Origin: Candidatus Omnitrophota bacterium
GTDB taxonomy: Bacteria > Omnitrophota > Gorgyraeia > Zapsychrales > JANLHA01
DNA length: 37,819 bases
Direction: 5' to 3'
NCBI GenBank assembly: GCA_023143685.1
Contig: JAGLHE010000119.1
Coordinates: 1-37,819 of the forward strand
The stretch's first letter is position 1; every line of letters starts with the position of its first letter. The translations under genes were made by a program, and so were the position numbers. The notes beneath the pieces were generated by a model. The model worked only from the letters and a program-made list of their open reading frames with translations, had not been told where the DNA came from and searched no databases. This document shows, one piece after another, positions 25,438 to 34,449 of this stretch.

Positions 25438-25896
25438 CTATTGGCTCTTCATTGTTTTTTTCTCGATTTCTTTAATTTGTCTTATCCGTCTTAAGTGGCG
25501 GCCACCTTCAAATTTTGCATTCAACCATGCCTTAATTATCCCTTGGATGTCTTTCTTTGGAGTAAACCTTGCGCCTAAAACAAGAATATTAGCATTGTTA
25601 TGCTCTCGAGAGAGAAGTGCTGCCTGCTTGTTGTAACACAATGCGGCATACGCGCCCTTAACTTTATTAGCAGCAATCACATGCCCATTGCCTGTCATAC
25701 AAATCAAGATCCCGCGCGCATTCTTTGATTTTGCTACCCCTGTCGCGACAGCATAAGACAACGAAGGATAATCACAAATCACACCCTCTTCATGCACACC
25801 AACATCCTCAACCGTATGCCCTGACTCTTTCAAAAGAACGGTGATTTCTTTTTTAAGCTTAAACCCTCTATGATCCCCACCTATAAAAATTTTCAT
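25438..25896 (-). CDS. rpiB: Ribose-5-phosphate isomerase B
   Basis: MKIFIGGDHRGFKLK, ILICMTGNGHVIAANK, RHLRRI. 152 aa. Confidence 0.93.
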   Translation of the reverse strand: MKIFIGGDHRGFKLKKEITVLLKESGHTVEDVGVHEEGVICDYPSLSYAVATGVAKSKNARGILICMTGNGHVIAANKVKGAYAALCYNKQAALLSREHNNANILVLGARFTPKKDIQGIIKAWLNAKFEGGRHLRRIRQIKEIEKKTMKSQ

Positions 25897-25912
25897 TTCA
25901 TATGCACCTTGT

Positions 25913-26977
25913 TTAAATCAATTTAACCAATTTCTTCACAGCATCTTTGATCATTAACATACACTCTTCATACGCTTCGGCAGGCCGACCCATCGGATCC
26001 GGAATATCCAAATTAATATCCATTCCCGGCGTCTCATGAATGAACTCCCGCAGCAGATAAACTCGATTTTCAACATCAGGGACCCGCTCTAAAACCTGAC
26101 TACGATGTCCCCTGGTCATAACCAAAATAAGATCGGATTTCTTAAGAAGGATACTACTTAACGGCTGAGAATAGTGCTGCGTGGCATCTATCCCCTCTTT
26201 TTGCAATACTGCAATCGTTTCGGCACTGGCTGTTGAACGTAAAAACACACTCGTTCCCGCAGAAACCGCTTCCACATCTGAATGCCCTTTAACCAGTTCT
26301 TTCAAAAAATATTCTGCCATCACTGATCGACAACTATTTCCTGTACACACAAATAAGACCGTTTTCTTCTTTGTGATTTGGTCCACGTCTTCTTGTGTAA
26401 TCGATCCTTGGCGTAAAACCTTCGGAGCCTCTTGAGTAAAATCAACAACTGATGACGCCAACCCTAACCGCGCTGATCCTCCATCAATCGCAACCTCGAC
26501 TAATCCATCCATGTCCCTTAACGCCTCTTCACACGTCGATGGAGGCGGATTTCCAGCGGCATTAGCCGAAGGAGCCGCAACCGTACATTGTGATTCCTGC
26601 ACTAAATTCAACGCCACAACATTATGCGGCATACGAATACCAATGGTCTTTCCGTCTTCCGTTGCAGGGACAACAACCGTTAAAGGCCCTGGCCAACATT
26701 CATCAATAAGTTTGTAAACCATCGGAGAGGTAATGGATGTATAATTTGATATCAACCCTTTTTGCGCGATATGAATGGAAAACGGTTTATTCTCACCCCG
26801 ATGCTTAACCTCACGGAGCCTCGCCATCGCCTTAGGATTATTAAAATCTGCGGCAATGCCATAGACCGTTTCCGTCGGAAAAACAACAAGCCCGCCCTGT
26901 CGGATCACTTTAGCGCAATGGGCAATCTTATCGATTTCCGGGAACTCCGGATGAACTTTAACAACTTCTGTTTTCAT
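25913..26977 (-). CDS. tsaC: Fusion: L-threonylcarbamoyladenylate synthase (YrdC/TsaC domain) + low-molecular-weight phosphotyrosine/arginine phosphatase
   Basis: N-half GGLVVFPTETVYGIAADF...KHRGENKPFSIHI. C-half VLFVCTGNSCRSVMAEY (CX5R(S/T) P-loop) and DIPDPMG (the DP general acid). Confidence 0.85.
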   Translation of the reverse strand: MKTEVVKVHPEFPEIDKIAHCAKVIRQGGLVVFPTETVYGIAADFNNPKAMARLREVKHRGENKPFSIHIAQKGLISNYTSITSPMVYKLIDECWPGPLTVVVPATEDGKTIGIRMPHNVVALNLVQESQCTVAAPSANAAGNPPPSTCEEALRDMDGLVEVAIDGGSARLGLASSVVDFTQEAPKVLRQGSITQEDVDQITKKKTVLFVCTGNSCRSVMAEYFLKELVKGHSDVEAVSAGTSVFLRSTASAETIAVLQKEGIDATQHYSQPLSSILLKKSDLILVMTRGHRSQVLERVPDVENRVYLLREFIHETPGMDINLDIPDPMGRPAEAYEECMLMIKDAVKKLVKLI

Positions 26978-26985
26978 GGAAGAAC

Positions 26986-27462
26986 CTACACTTTTTGCTT
27001 CAGAATTTTATCACGCTGTTCTTCACTAAATTGGATCAGCTTCTCATTAATCGAATCATCTGATAAAGCCAGAATACGCAATGCCAAAAGCGCGGCGTTC
27101 TTTGCCCCCGGCTTACCAATCGCAACACCGCCAACCGGAACTCCCGGAGGCATCTGAACGGTTGACAGAAGAGAATCTATCCCGTGCAAAACTGACTCAA
27201 TCGGAATTCCAATAACAGGCAAATTTGTATGCGCCGCGACAACACCTGCCAAAGCCGCAGACCCTCCTGCTCCACAGATAACAACCTTCACTCCCTGGGC
27301 TTTTAGCCCTTCGGCATACTCTGCGGTTTCTTTTGGTGTACGATGAGCAGATAACACTTTCATTTCATATCCAACACCAAAAGCTTTTAAAATCTTTGAC
27401 GTCTCTTCCATTGTTGGGAGATCCGATTTACTGCCCATCATAACAGCGACTTGAATACTCAT
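26986..27462 (-). CDS. purE: 5-(carboxyamino)imidazole ribonucleotide mutase
   Basis: VAVMMGSKSD, LSAHRTP, GAGGSAALAGVVAA, STVQMPPGVPVGGVAIG. ATG at 27462 is preceded by AGGAG. Confidence 0.93.
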   Translation of the reverse strand: MSIQVAVMMGSKSDLPTMEETSKILKAFGVGYEMKVLSAHRTPKETAEYAEGLKAQGVKVVICGAGGSAALAGVVAAHTNLPVIGIPIESVLHGIDSLLSTVQMPPGVPVGGVAIGKPGAKNAALLALRILALSDDSINEKLIQFSEEQRDKILKQKV

Positions 27463-27479
27463 GATAAACTCCTGTTTTC

Positions 27480-27507
27480 GTATTTCGTGAAACGCATTTC
27501 GCATTTC
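27480..27507. repeat. Four tandem heptamers (GTATTTC GTGAAAC GCATTTC GCATTTC) in the purD-purE gap
   Basis: Read directly. It occupies most of the 47-nt gap between the purD stop (27510) and the purE start (27462). Confidence 0.8.
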
Positions 27508-27509
27508 TT

Positions 27510-28802
27510 TTATGTTCTTCTTACTCCAGCCATACGCCTTAAGGCTTTAGCGCCAATATCCCGGCGAAAAAAGCATCGATCAAACTTAATTTTTTCAACC
27601 GCTGTATAAGCGCGTTCGATCGCCGTCTCTAATCCTTCGCCTAAACTCGTCACCCCCAAGACCCTGCCGCCTGAAGTTACAACATCATCCCCCTCAAATT
27701 TTGTTCCCGCATGAAAGACAACCGTATCCTCTTCCGCAACCACCAAATCAAGCCCTTCAATTTTTTTACCCACTTCATATTCTCCTGGATAGCCACCTGA
27801 ACTCATCACAACAGAAACACAACTCCGGGGATCCCAAATAAGTCCCATTTCATCTAACCGCCCTTCACACGCAGCCACCATCACCTCAAGCAAATCGTTC
27901 TTTAATCGTGGGATTACAGCTTGTGCCTCTGGATCACCGAATCGGACATTAAACTCTAAAACCTGAGGGCCTTCTGAAGTCATCATGAGTCCCGCGTAAA
28001 GAACCCCTTTAAACGGATGCCCTTCCTGATGCATTCCTAAAATCGTCGGTTCAATAACACGCAACTCGATCTCCCTGAGAAGCTCCTCTGTGACAACCGG
28101 CGCCGGAGAATACGCGCCCATACCTCCGGTATTCGGGCCGACATCGTCATCAAAAATCCGCTTATGATCCTGAGAAGAGTCCAAAATACAATAATTCTCT
28201 CCGTCACTAATCGCAAGAATCGACGCCTCCTCTCCGACAAGGCACTCTTCGACAATAATGCGGTTTCCGGCTTCCTTAAAAACCTTTTCCTTCATTATTT
28301 GATCCAGGGCTTCCAGCGCCTGATCCAGGTTCTCACAAATCATAACACCCTTACCCGCGGCTAACCCATCCGCTTTAATCACGACAGGAAATAACACCTG
28401 GTGCAAAAAGTCCCGTGCCTCCTCAACATCATCAAAGGCACGAAAATCTGCTGTCGGAATACCCCACCGGTCCATAAACTCTTTCGCGAAAATCTTGCTC
28501 CCTTCAAGCTTAGAAGCAAACGCGTCCGGCCCAAAAACCATCAACTCTTCTTCTTCAAACGCGTCAACAATACCCGCCACAAGGGGTGCCTCCGGCCCGA
28601 CGACTGTCAGGTCAATTTTCTTCTTTTTGACAAATTGAACCAGCCCGTTAATGTCTTCTGCCTTAATATCCACGCACTCTGCGATGGTTGCCATCCCGCC
28701 GTTACCAGGCGCACAATAAAGTTTCTTCAGCTTGGAGCTTTGCTTAATTTTCCACGCCAAAGCATGTTCCCTGCCACCTGAACCAATAATAAGGACTTTC
28801 AT
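27510..28802 (-). CDS. purD: Phosphoribosylamine-glycine ligase
   Basis: MKVLIIGSGGREHALAWK, ATP-grasp motifs. 430 aa. Confidence 0.96.
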   Translation of the reverse strand: MKVLIIGSGGREHALAWKIKQSSKLKKLYCAPGNGGMATIAECVDIKAEDINGLVQFVKKKKIDLTVVGPEAPLVAGIVDAFEEEELMVFGPDAFASKLEGSKIFAKEFMDRWGIPTADFRAFDDVEEARDFLHQVLFPVVIKADGLAAGKGVMICENLDQALEALDQIMKEKVFKEAGNRIIVEECLVGEEASILAISDGENYCILDSSQDHKRIFDDDVGPNTGGMGAYSPAPVVTEELLREIELRVIEPTILGMHQEGHPFKGVLYAGLMMTSEGPQVLEFNVRFGDPEAQAVIPRLKNDLLEVMVAACEGRLDEMGLIWDPRSCVSVVMSSGGYPGEYEVGKKIEGLDLVVAEEDTVVFHAGTKFEGDDVVTSGGRVLGVTSLGEGLETAIERAYTAVEKIKFDRCFFRRDIGAKALRRMAGVRRT

Positions 28803-28835
28803 AAGGAACTTCTCCTTCTCAAAAACGCATGTCGC

Positions 28836-28859
28836 AGGGACACAAAATTTTGTGTCCCT
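28836..28859. other. Perfect 24-nt palindrome AGGGACACAAAATTTTGTGTCCCT between purM and purD
   Basis: Read directly. It overlaps the purM TAG stop (28858-28860) and lies 34 nt upstream of the purD ATG. Confidence 0.9.
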
Positions 28860-29886
28860 ACAGATTGAAAAAATTTATTTTACATTTTTTGTCCTTAACG
28901 ACCTCACCGATGTCAAATGACTTAAGACGCTGCTTTGTTAATTCTTTGCGAACATTCACCGCATCTTCAGGTGATACAACCATAATAAAACCAATGCCCA
29001 TGTTAAACGTCTTAAACATTTCCGAATCTTTTATCGCGCCTTTTTCTTGAATCTTTCGAAATATTTCAGGGACACGCCAACTTTTTCGATCAATTTTAAA
29101 ACACATACCGTCGGGCAAAATCTTTGTTAATTTTTCGTAAAAAGCACCGCCTGTATTATGCGCCATACCCCTAACAGAAAATTTTTCTAAAACAGAAAGC
29201 ACCTCTTTGACATATATCTTCGTTGGCTTAAGCAGTGTAGCTGCAAATTTCTTTTGTTCCTGACCGGAAAAAACCTTGCGCACCAAAGAATAACCGTTAG
29301 AGTGAATCCCGCTCGAAGCAAGCCCAATCACGCGATCCCCGGCTTTGATGCCTGAACCATCCAGAATTTTCTTTTTATCGACGACACCAACAGCAAATCC
29401 CGCTAAATCGTACTCATCTTTTTTATACATCCCAGGCATTTCAGCGGTTTCTCCGCCGACCAAGCTGCAATCAGACTGCTTGCAACCTTTTGCGATTCCC
29501 TTGACCACATCTTTCAAAACTTTTGGGTCCAACTTCCCGCAGGCAATGTAGTCTAAAAAGAAAAGCGGTTTCGCGCCAACACACAAAATATCATTCACAT
29601 TCATTGCCACCAAATCAATCCCAACCGTGTGATGAACACCCATTTTCTGTGCTAACAAAAGTTTTGTGCCAACACCGTCGGTAGAAGAGACCAAAACAGG
29701 ATCCTTATACTTCTTCACATCCAACCCAAAAAGCCCGCCAAACGCGCCCTTACGTTCCAGGACAGAAACACCTTTTGTAGCCTGCACAACTCCCTTAATT
29801 CCACGAACAAAGGCATTGGCTTTGTCAATATCTACACCGCTGGTTTTATAAGTAATTTTTCTAGGCAAGTAATTTTTCCTTAACAT
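28858..29886 (-). CDS. purM: Phosphoribosylformylglycinamidine cyclo-ligase
   Basis: ITYKTSGVDIDKANAF, DGVGTK, GGETAEMPGMY. ATG at 29886 (the track extension is rejected). It overlaps the purQ 3' end by 26 nt. Confidence 0.93.
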   Translation of the reverse strand: MLRKNYLPRKITYKTSGVDIDKANAFVRGIKGVVQATKGVSVLERKGAFGGLFGLDVKKYKDPVLVSSTDGVGTKLLLAQKMGVHHTVGIDLVAMNVNDILCVGAKPLFFLDYIACGKLDPKVLKDVVKGIAKGCKQSDCSLVGGETAEMPGMYKKDEYDLAGFAVGVVDKKKILDGSGIKAGDRVIGLASSGIHSNGYSLVRKVFSGQEQKKFAATLLKPTKIYVKEVLSVLEKFSVRGMAHNTGGAFYEKLTKILPDGMCFKIDRKSWRVPEIFRKIQEKGAIKDSEMFKTFNMGIGFIMVVSPEDAVNVRKELTKQRLKSFDIGEVVKDKKCKINFFNL

Positions 29887-30682
29887 ATTGAACGCCGTTC
29901 TTAAAAATTTGTGCGCCTTGACCAAACGACTCCTTCTTTTCAAACCGCGTCCACCTCGGATGATGTTCAAAAATAAAATGTCGTTCCGGATGCGGCATCA
30001 ACCCTAAAACACGTCCTGTTTTATCCGTAATACCTGCAATGTCGTCTATTGATCCATTCGGATTTCCTGGATACGCAGCAGGATTTCCTTGTTCATCACA
30101 ATAACGAAATGCGACCTGCCCGTTCTTTTTTAACTTGTTTAAAAGTTTATCATCCCGCGGAACAAACTTTCCTTCAGCATGCGCAACAGGAATATAAATC
30201 ACATCCTCTAATCCCTTAGTCCAAACAGACTTTCCACTTAACCGTAAATACGTCCACCGGTCCTCAAATTTGCCGGACTCGTTATAGGTTAACGTTACGG
30301 TTTGCTGAAAAGATGCCTCCCCTTGAGACTTCACCCCTAAATCTCCCGGAAGAATTCCCGAACGCACAAGGGCCTGAAACCCGTTACAAATTCCGATGAT
30401 CAATTTCCTGGCCTTAATAAAATCCTGAATATCATCACCTAAACGTAATCGCAACTCATTTGCCAAAATCCTGCCGGAAACAATATCATCCCCATAAGTA
30501 AACCCTCCGGGAATCGCTAAGATATGATAATCACTTAAACGCGCCGTCCCCTCAAATAACCGGTTTATATGCACAAGATCCGCTTTTGCACCAAAAGACC
30601 GAAACGCAAACGCGGTCTCTTCGTCACAATTTGTCCCTGCTGTACGCAGAACTAAAACTCGTGGGCTCTTTTTCTCTGACAT
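29861..30682 (-). CDS. purQ: FGAM synthase glutaminase subunit
   Basis: Class I amidotransferase: GICNGFQAL (nucleophile Cys), MPHPER. Confidence 0.93.
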   Translation of the reverse strand: MSEKKSPRVLVLRTAGTNCDEETAFAFRSFGAKADLVHINRLFEGTARLSDYHILAIPGGFTYGDDIVSGRILANELRLRLGDDIQDFIKARKLIIGICNGFQALVRSGILPGDLGVKSQGEASFQQTVTLTYNESGKFEDRWTYLRLSGKSVWTKGLEDVIYIPVAHAEGKFVPRDDKLLNKLKKNGQVAFRYCDEQGNPAAYPGNPNGSIDDIAGITDKTGRVLGLMPHPERHFIFEHHPRWTRFEKKESFGQGAQIFKNGVQYVKEKLLA

Positions 30683-30688
30683 AAAAAC

Positions 30689-31378
30689 CTAACTCTTCTT
30701 TTTTCCATTCTTTTTATAAAAATCACGAATAATCTTAATCACATCTTCCGGCTTATCAACAATCTTGAAAATATCCAAATCTTCAGGATCAATGTTTTTT
30801 TCCTTCTTCAAGACAGAGTTCTTTAACCAGTCTATCAATCCTTTCCAAAAATCACTTCCATAAAGAATTACCGGAAACTTTTCAATTCGCTGCGTCTGAA
30901 TCAACGTAATGCTTTCAAAAAATTCATCCATCGTCCCATATCCACCGGGAAAGATAACAAACGCCTTTGCGTATTTGACAAACATCACTTTACGACAAAA
31001 AAAGTAATGAAAATTGATTAGCGTTCGGATGTATGGGTTAGGTTTTTGTTCAAAAGGAAGTTCGATATTTAACCCAATCGACGCGCCCTTAGCACTCGAG
31101 GCTCCTTTATTTCCCGCTTCCATAATCCCCGGCCCGCCGCCTGTGATCACAGCATAACCTTCTTTAACAAGAAGGCTGGCAGTTTTATCCGCTTCTTTGT
31201 AATACTTGTTTGTTTTCCTGGTGCGGGCAGAGCCAAAGATCGTAACCGCGTCCCCTATTTCTGAAAACTGGTGAAACCCGTCAACAAACTCTGCCATAAT
31301 CCTGAATACGCGCCAGGGATCTTCAAGGTTCTTCATATCATCTGACGCGCGTCGTCCATTTTTTACAATATCCGGCAT
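30689..31378 (-). CDS. LOG/TIGR00730-family nucleotide 5'-monophosphate phosphoribohydrolase (nucleosidase)
   Basis: VTIFGSAR, ITGGGPGIMEA, PGGYGTMDEF (PGGxGTxxE). Confidence 0.85.
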   Translation of the reverse strand: MPDIVKNGRRASDDMKNLEDPWRVFRIMAEFVDGFHQFSEIGDAVTIFGSARTRKTNKYYKEADKTASLLVKEGYAVITGGGPGIMEAGNKGASSAKGASIGLNIELPFEQKPNPYIRTLINFHYFFCRKVMFVKYAKAFVIFPGGYGTMDEFFESITLIQTQRIEKFPVILYGSDFWKGLIDWLKNSVLKKEKNIDPEDLDIFKIVDKPEDVIKIIRDFYKKNGKKKS

Positions 31379-31397
31379 AATGATTCTCCTTAATTTT

Positions 31398-31439
31398 AGT
31401 ATCTGGCATCTAGTTATCAGATACTAGATACCAGCACAA
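31398..31439. repeat. Inverted heptamer set AGTATCT GGCATCT AGTTATC | AGATACT AGATACC AGCACAA
   Basis: Read directly in the purSSL-LOG gap. 31398-31411 and 31419-31432 are complementary at 11/14. It contains the 16-mer AGATACTAGATACCAG (31419-31434), which is also present at 34450-34465. Confidence 0.85.
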
Positions 31440-31468
31440 CTATCCCACAATAAAATCTAACCCCTCAA

Positions 31469-34375
31469 CTAAAACTGTAATGGTTTTTGCCAGGCTTTCT
31501 TCAAATCATCAATATAGGCGTTCACACAAACTTTATCATCTAAACCATAAATCACAAATTCCGGACTTTCTTCAACGCGGCCAATCACTCCATAAGGAAC
31601 TTCAGAAAGAAGTTTTTCAAACTGTTTTTGTTTCTCAGGTGCAACCTCAACAACAAAACGTGAATTTGATTCAGAAAAAAGAACAGAATCATTCCGTTTG
31701 TTTTTCCCTTCATAAGGAACATCCTTAAGAAGCGCTGTGACCCCCAGGCCGCCACTAAATGCCATCTCTGCCAAGGCAACAGCGATCCCCCCTTCAGAAC
31801 AATCATGAATAGAACGCGCAAGGCCTTTTTGTGTCGCAGCAAAAAGCGCCTGAAACGTCTTTCTCCCCTGCTTCACATCGACGTGAGGGACCTGCATTCC
31901 TAACGCGTCTTTTGTATCATAATAAATGGACCCGCCAAGCTCATCATAAGTCTGCCCGACCACATAAATCAAATTTCCTGCCTTCTTGAAATCCATGGTC
32001 ACAGACTTTGTGACATCATCCATAATCCCAATCGCGGATATCAATATTGTTGACGGGATAGCAATTGACTTTCCATCCTCCGCATACTCGTTATACAAAC
32101 TATCTTTCCCTGAAATAAACGGTGTGCCATATCCGAGCGCAAAATCATGGCATCCTTGCGCGCAACGGACTAAACCACCAAGACGATCAGGTTTGTCCGG
32201 GTTCCCCCAACAAAAATTATCTAAAAGTGCTATACGGTCAGGATTCCCACCGACTGCCACAATCTGACGGATGGCTTCATCAATACAAGAAGCAGCCATC
32301 CAAAATGGATCAATCATCCCATAGCGTACATTAACCCCGTTAGAAATGGCTATTCCTTTTTTCGTGCCCAGCTTCGGCAGGACAACGCTGGCATCCGACG
32401 GGCCATCATTATCGACTCCGACCAACGGCTTAATAATGCTGCCCCCTTGCACTTCATGGTCGTACTGACGGATAATCCACTCTTTTGAACAAACGTTATA
32501 ATGCGACAAAACCGACAACAAATTTGATGTTAAATCTTTAGGGCAAGAAATTTCCGGTTCTCTGCTTTTCGGTGGCGCCCACCTGGCTTCTTTTGTAATA
32601 TTTGGAATCCCGTCATGCATAAAAGACATTTCCAGGTCACAAACCTGCTCTCCGTGATAAAACAACTCAAGTCGTTTTGATCCCGTAAATTCACCGATTA
32701 CTGTTGCCTCAACATTCTCCTGCTCAAAAAGAGCGAGCAATTTTTCCGCATTCTTTTTGCTAGCCGACATTACCATTCGTTCTTGTGATTCCGAAATCCA
32801 TATCTCGTCATAATTCAGGCCCTGATACTTCAAAGGAACTTTTTCCAAATCTACCCGCGCGCCCAGTTCTTCCCCCATTTCGCCCACAGCGCTGGAAAGC
32901 CCGCCAGCGCCACAATCAGTAATGGCAGAATACATCCCTTGATCACGCGCTTCCAACAGAACATCGAGAACCTTTTTTTCTTGAATAGGATCACCAATTT
33001 GAACAGCCCCGGAAGAAACCACCTCAGACTCACTAGTCAACTCGCCAGAAGAAAAAGTCGCCCCATGAATGCCATCACGGCCAGTCTTACCGCCAGCTAC
33101 AACGATCACATCTCCTTTTCTGACTTTCTTCTTTTCTTTCCCTGCGGGGATGACTCCGACCGTTCCGCAATACACCAAAGGATTACCCACAAACCGCTCA
33201 TCAAACAAAACCGCGCCGTTGACCGTGGGGATCCCCATCTTGTTTCCATAATCCCGAACACCCGAGACAACCCCTTTCATCACACGCTTAGGATGCAATG
33301 TCCCGGTTGGTAAATCTTTAAAAGAATACTCAGGTGGCGCAAAACAAAAAACATCTGTATTACATACCGGCTTGGCACCTAATCCTGTCCCTAAAATATC
33401 CCTGATAACACCACCGATCCCCGTATTCGCTCCTCCAAAAGGTTCCAACGCGGACGGATGATTATGCGTCTCAACCTTAAAACACACATTTGTATCCTTA
33501 TCAAATTTGATCACCCCCGCGTTATCATGAAAAACAGACACACACCACGGCTTATCTAGCGTTTGTGTTACCTTAACAATAGTCGACTTTAAAAGATTGC
33601 GGATATTCTTTGTTTTGGTTTGCCCTTTTTCCGTACAACTATATCGAATGTTTCCTCGAAATGTCTTATGATAGCAATGCTCGCTCCATGTCTGCGCAAT
33701 TGCTTCAAGCTCACAATCCGTCGGATTTCGTTTCAATTTACGGAAATACTTTTGGATGGCTTTCATCTCATTAAGATTCAAAAACAACTGCCCGTCTTCA
33801 CTAATTTGTGTTAATCGCTTTTGATCCGCTTCAAGAAGATCAAAGGTAAGGACTTTGCAAGCCTGCCCATTGGCAACTATTTCTTTCTCTGTGGGGAACA
33901 CGTTTTCAGGAATAACAACATGGTGAATAAGCTTGTTCGCCAAGGCTTTCTGCACAACAAACTCTAAATCTTCATCGGAGATGGGGCCCTTAAGATGATA
34001 TTGTTTCGCTGTCCGAACAGCTTTTACCGTCGGGATCCCGAGATCGCGAATCCCTTTGATCGTTGATTCCTCAACAGGATCCATCACGCCGGGATTATGC
34101 GCAATCTCAACAATCTTAATATTCTTTTTACTAAGGGGGAAAATATAGGCCTCGGGAGAGAAGCAGGTATACTCTTGCGTAACACTATCAGCCAACAGCT
34201 CCCGGCCGATCTGCTTGATTTGGGATTCAGAAATATCCCCAACAATTGTATACACATAAACGATATGAACTTGGCTCACAGACGTCAAGCCAAGATCGAT
34301 TATGTCTTTTTTGATGCGTTCTCCTAACGCATCAAAAACACCTTCTTTTTCTTTTATTTCAACACGCCAGATCAT
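31469..34375 (-). CDS. purL: FGAM synthase II with two N-terminal PurS-like modules fused to PurL
   Basis: 968 aa. Residues 1-~75 (IWRVEIKEKEGVFDALGERIKKDI...LLADSVTQEY) and ~85-160 (VEIAHNPGVMDPVEESTIKGI...ALANKLIHH) resemble PurS. The remainder is PurL (HNHPS, AIR-synthase-like repeats). Confidence 0.9.
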   Translation of the reverse strand: MIWRVEIKEKEGVFDALGERIKKDIIDLGLTSVSQVHIVYVYTIVGDISESQIKQIGRELLADSVTQEYTCFSPEAYIFPLSKKNIKIVEIAHNPGVMDPVEESTIKGIRDLGIPTVKAVRTAKQYHLKGPISDEDLEFVVQKALANKLIHHVVIPENVFPTEKEIVANGQACKVLTFDLLEADQKRLTQISEDGQLFLNLNEMKAIQKYFRKLKRNPTDCELEAIAQTWSEHCYHKTFRGNIRYSCTEKGQTKTKNIRNLLKSTIVKVTQTLDKPWCVSVFHDNAGVIKFDKDTNVCFKVETHNHPSALEPFGGANTGIGGVIRDILGTGLGAKPVCNTDVFCFAPPEYSFKDLPTGTLHPKRVMKGVVSGVRDYGNKMGIPTVNGAVLFDERFVGNPLVYCGTVGVIPAGKEKKKVRKGDVIVVAGGKTGRDGIHGATFSSGELTSESEVVSSGAVQIGDPIQEKKVLDVLLEARDQGMYSAITDCGAGGLSSAVGEMGEELGARVDLEKVPLKYQGLNYDEIWISESQERMVMSASKKNAEKLLALFEQENVEATVIGEFTGSKRLELFYHGEQVCDLEMSFMHDGIPNITKEARWAPPKSREPEISCPKDLTSNLLSVLSHYNVCSKEWIIRQYDHEVQGGSIIKPLVGVDNDGPSDASVVLPKLGTKKGIAISNGVNVRYGMIDPFWMAASCIDEAIRQIVAVGGNPDRIALLDNFCWGNPDKPDRLGGLVRCAQGCHDFALGYGTPFISGKDSLYNEYAEDGKSIAIPSTILISAIGIMDDVTKSVTMDFKKAGNLIYVVGQTYDELGGSIYYDTKDALGMQVPHVDVKQGRKTFQALFAATQKGLARSIHDCSEGGIAVALAEMAFSGGLGVTALLKDVPYEGKNKRNDSVLFSESNSRFVVEVAPEKQKQFEKLLSEVPYGVIGRVEESPEFVIYGLDDKVCVNAYIDDLKKAWQKPLQF

Positions 34376-34380
34376 AAATC

Positions 34381-34408
34381 GTGAATGGTAAATGGTGAAT
34401 GGTGAATG
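34381..34408. repeat. Four tandem heptamers GTGAATG GTAAATG GTGAATG GTGAATG directly upstream of the purSSL ATG
   Basis: Read directly. It starts 6 nt from the start codon at 34375. On the mRNA strand it reads CCATTCA-type repeats. Confidence 0.9.
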
Positions 34409-34449
34409 GCAAGCGATAAATGATATTTAGTAAAAATCCCTCAGCGATG

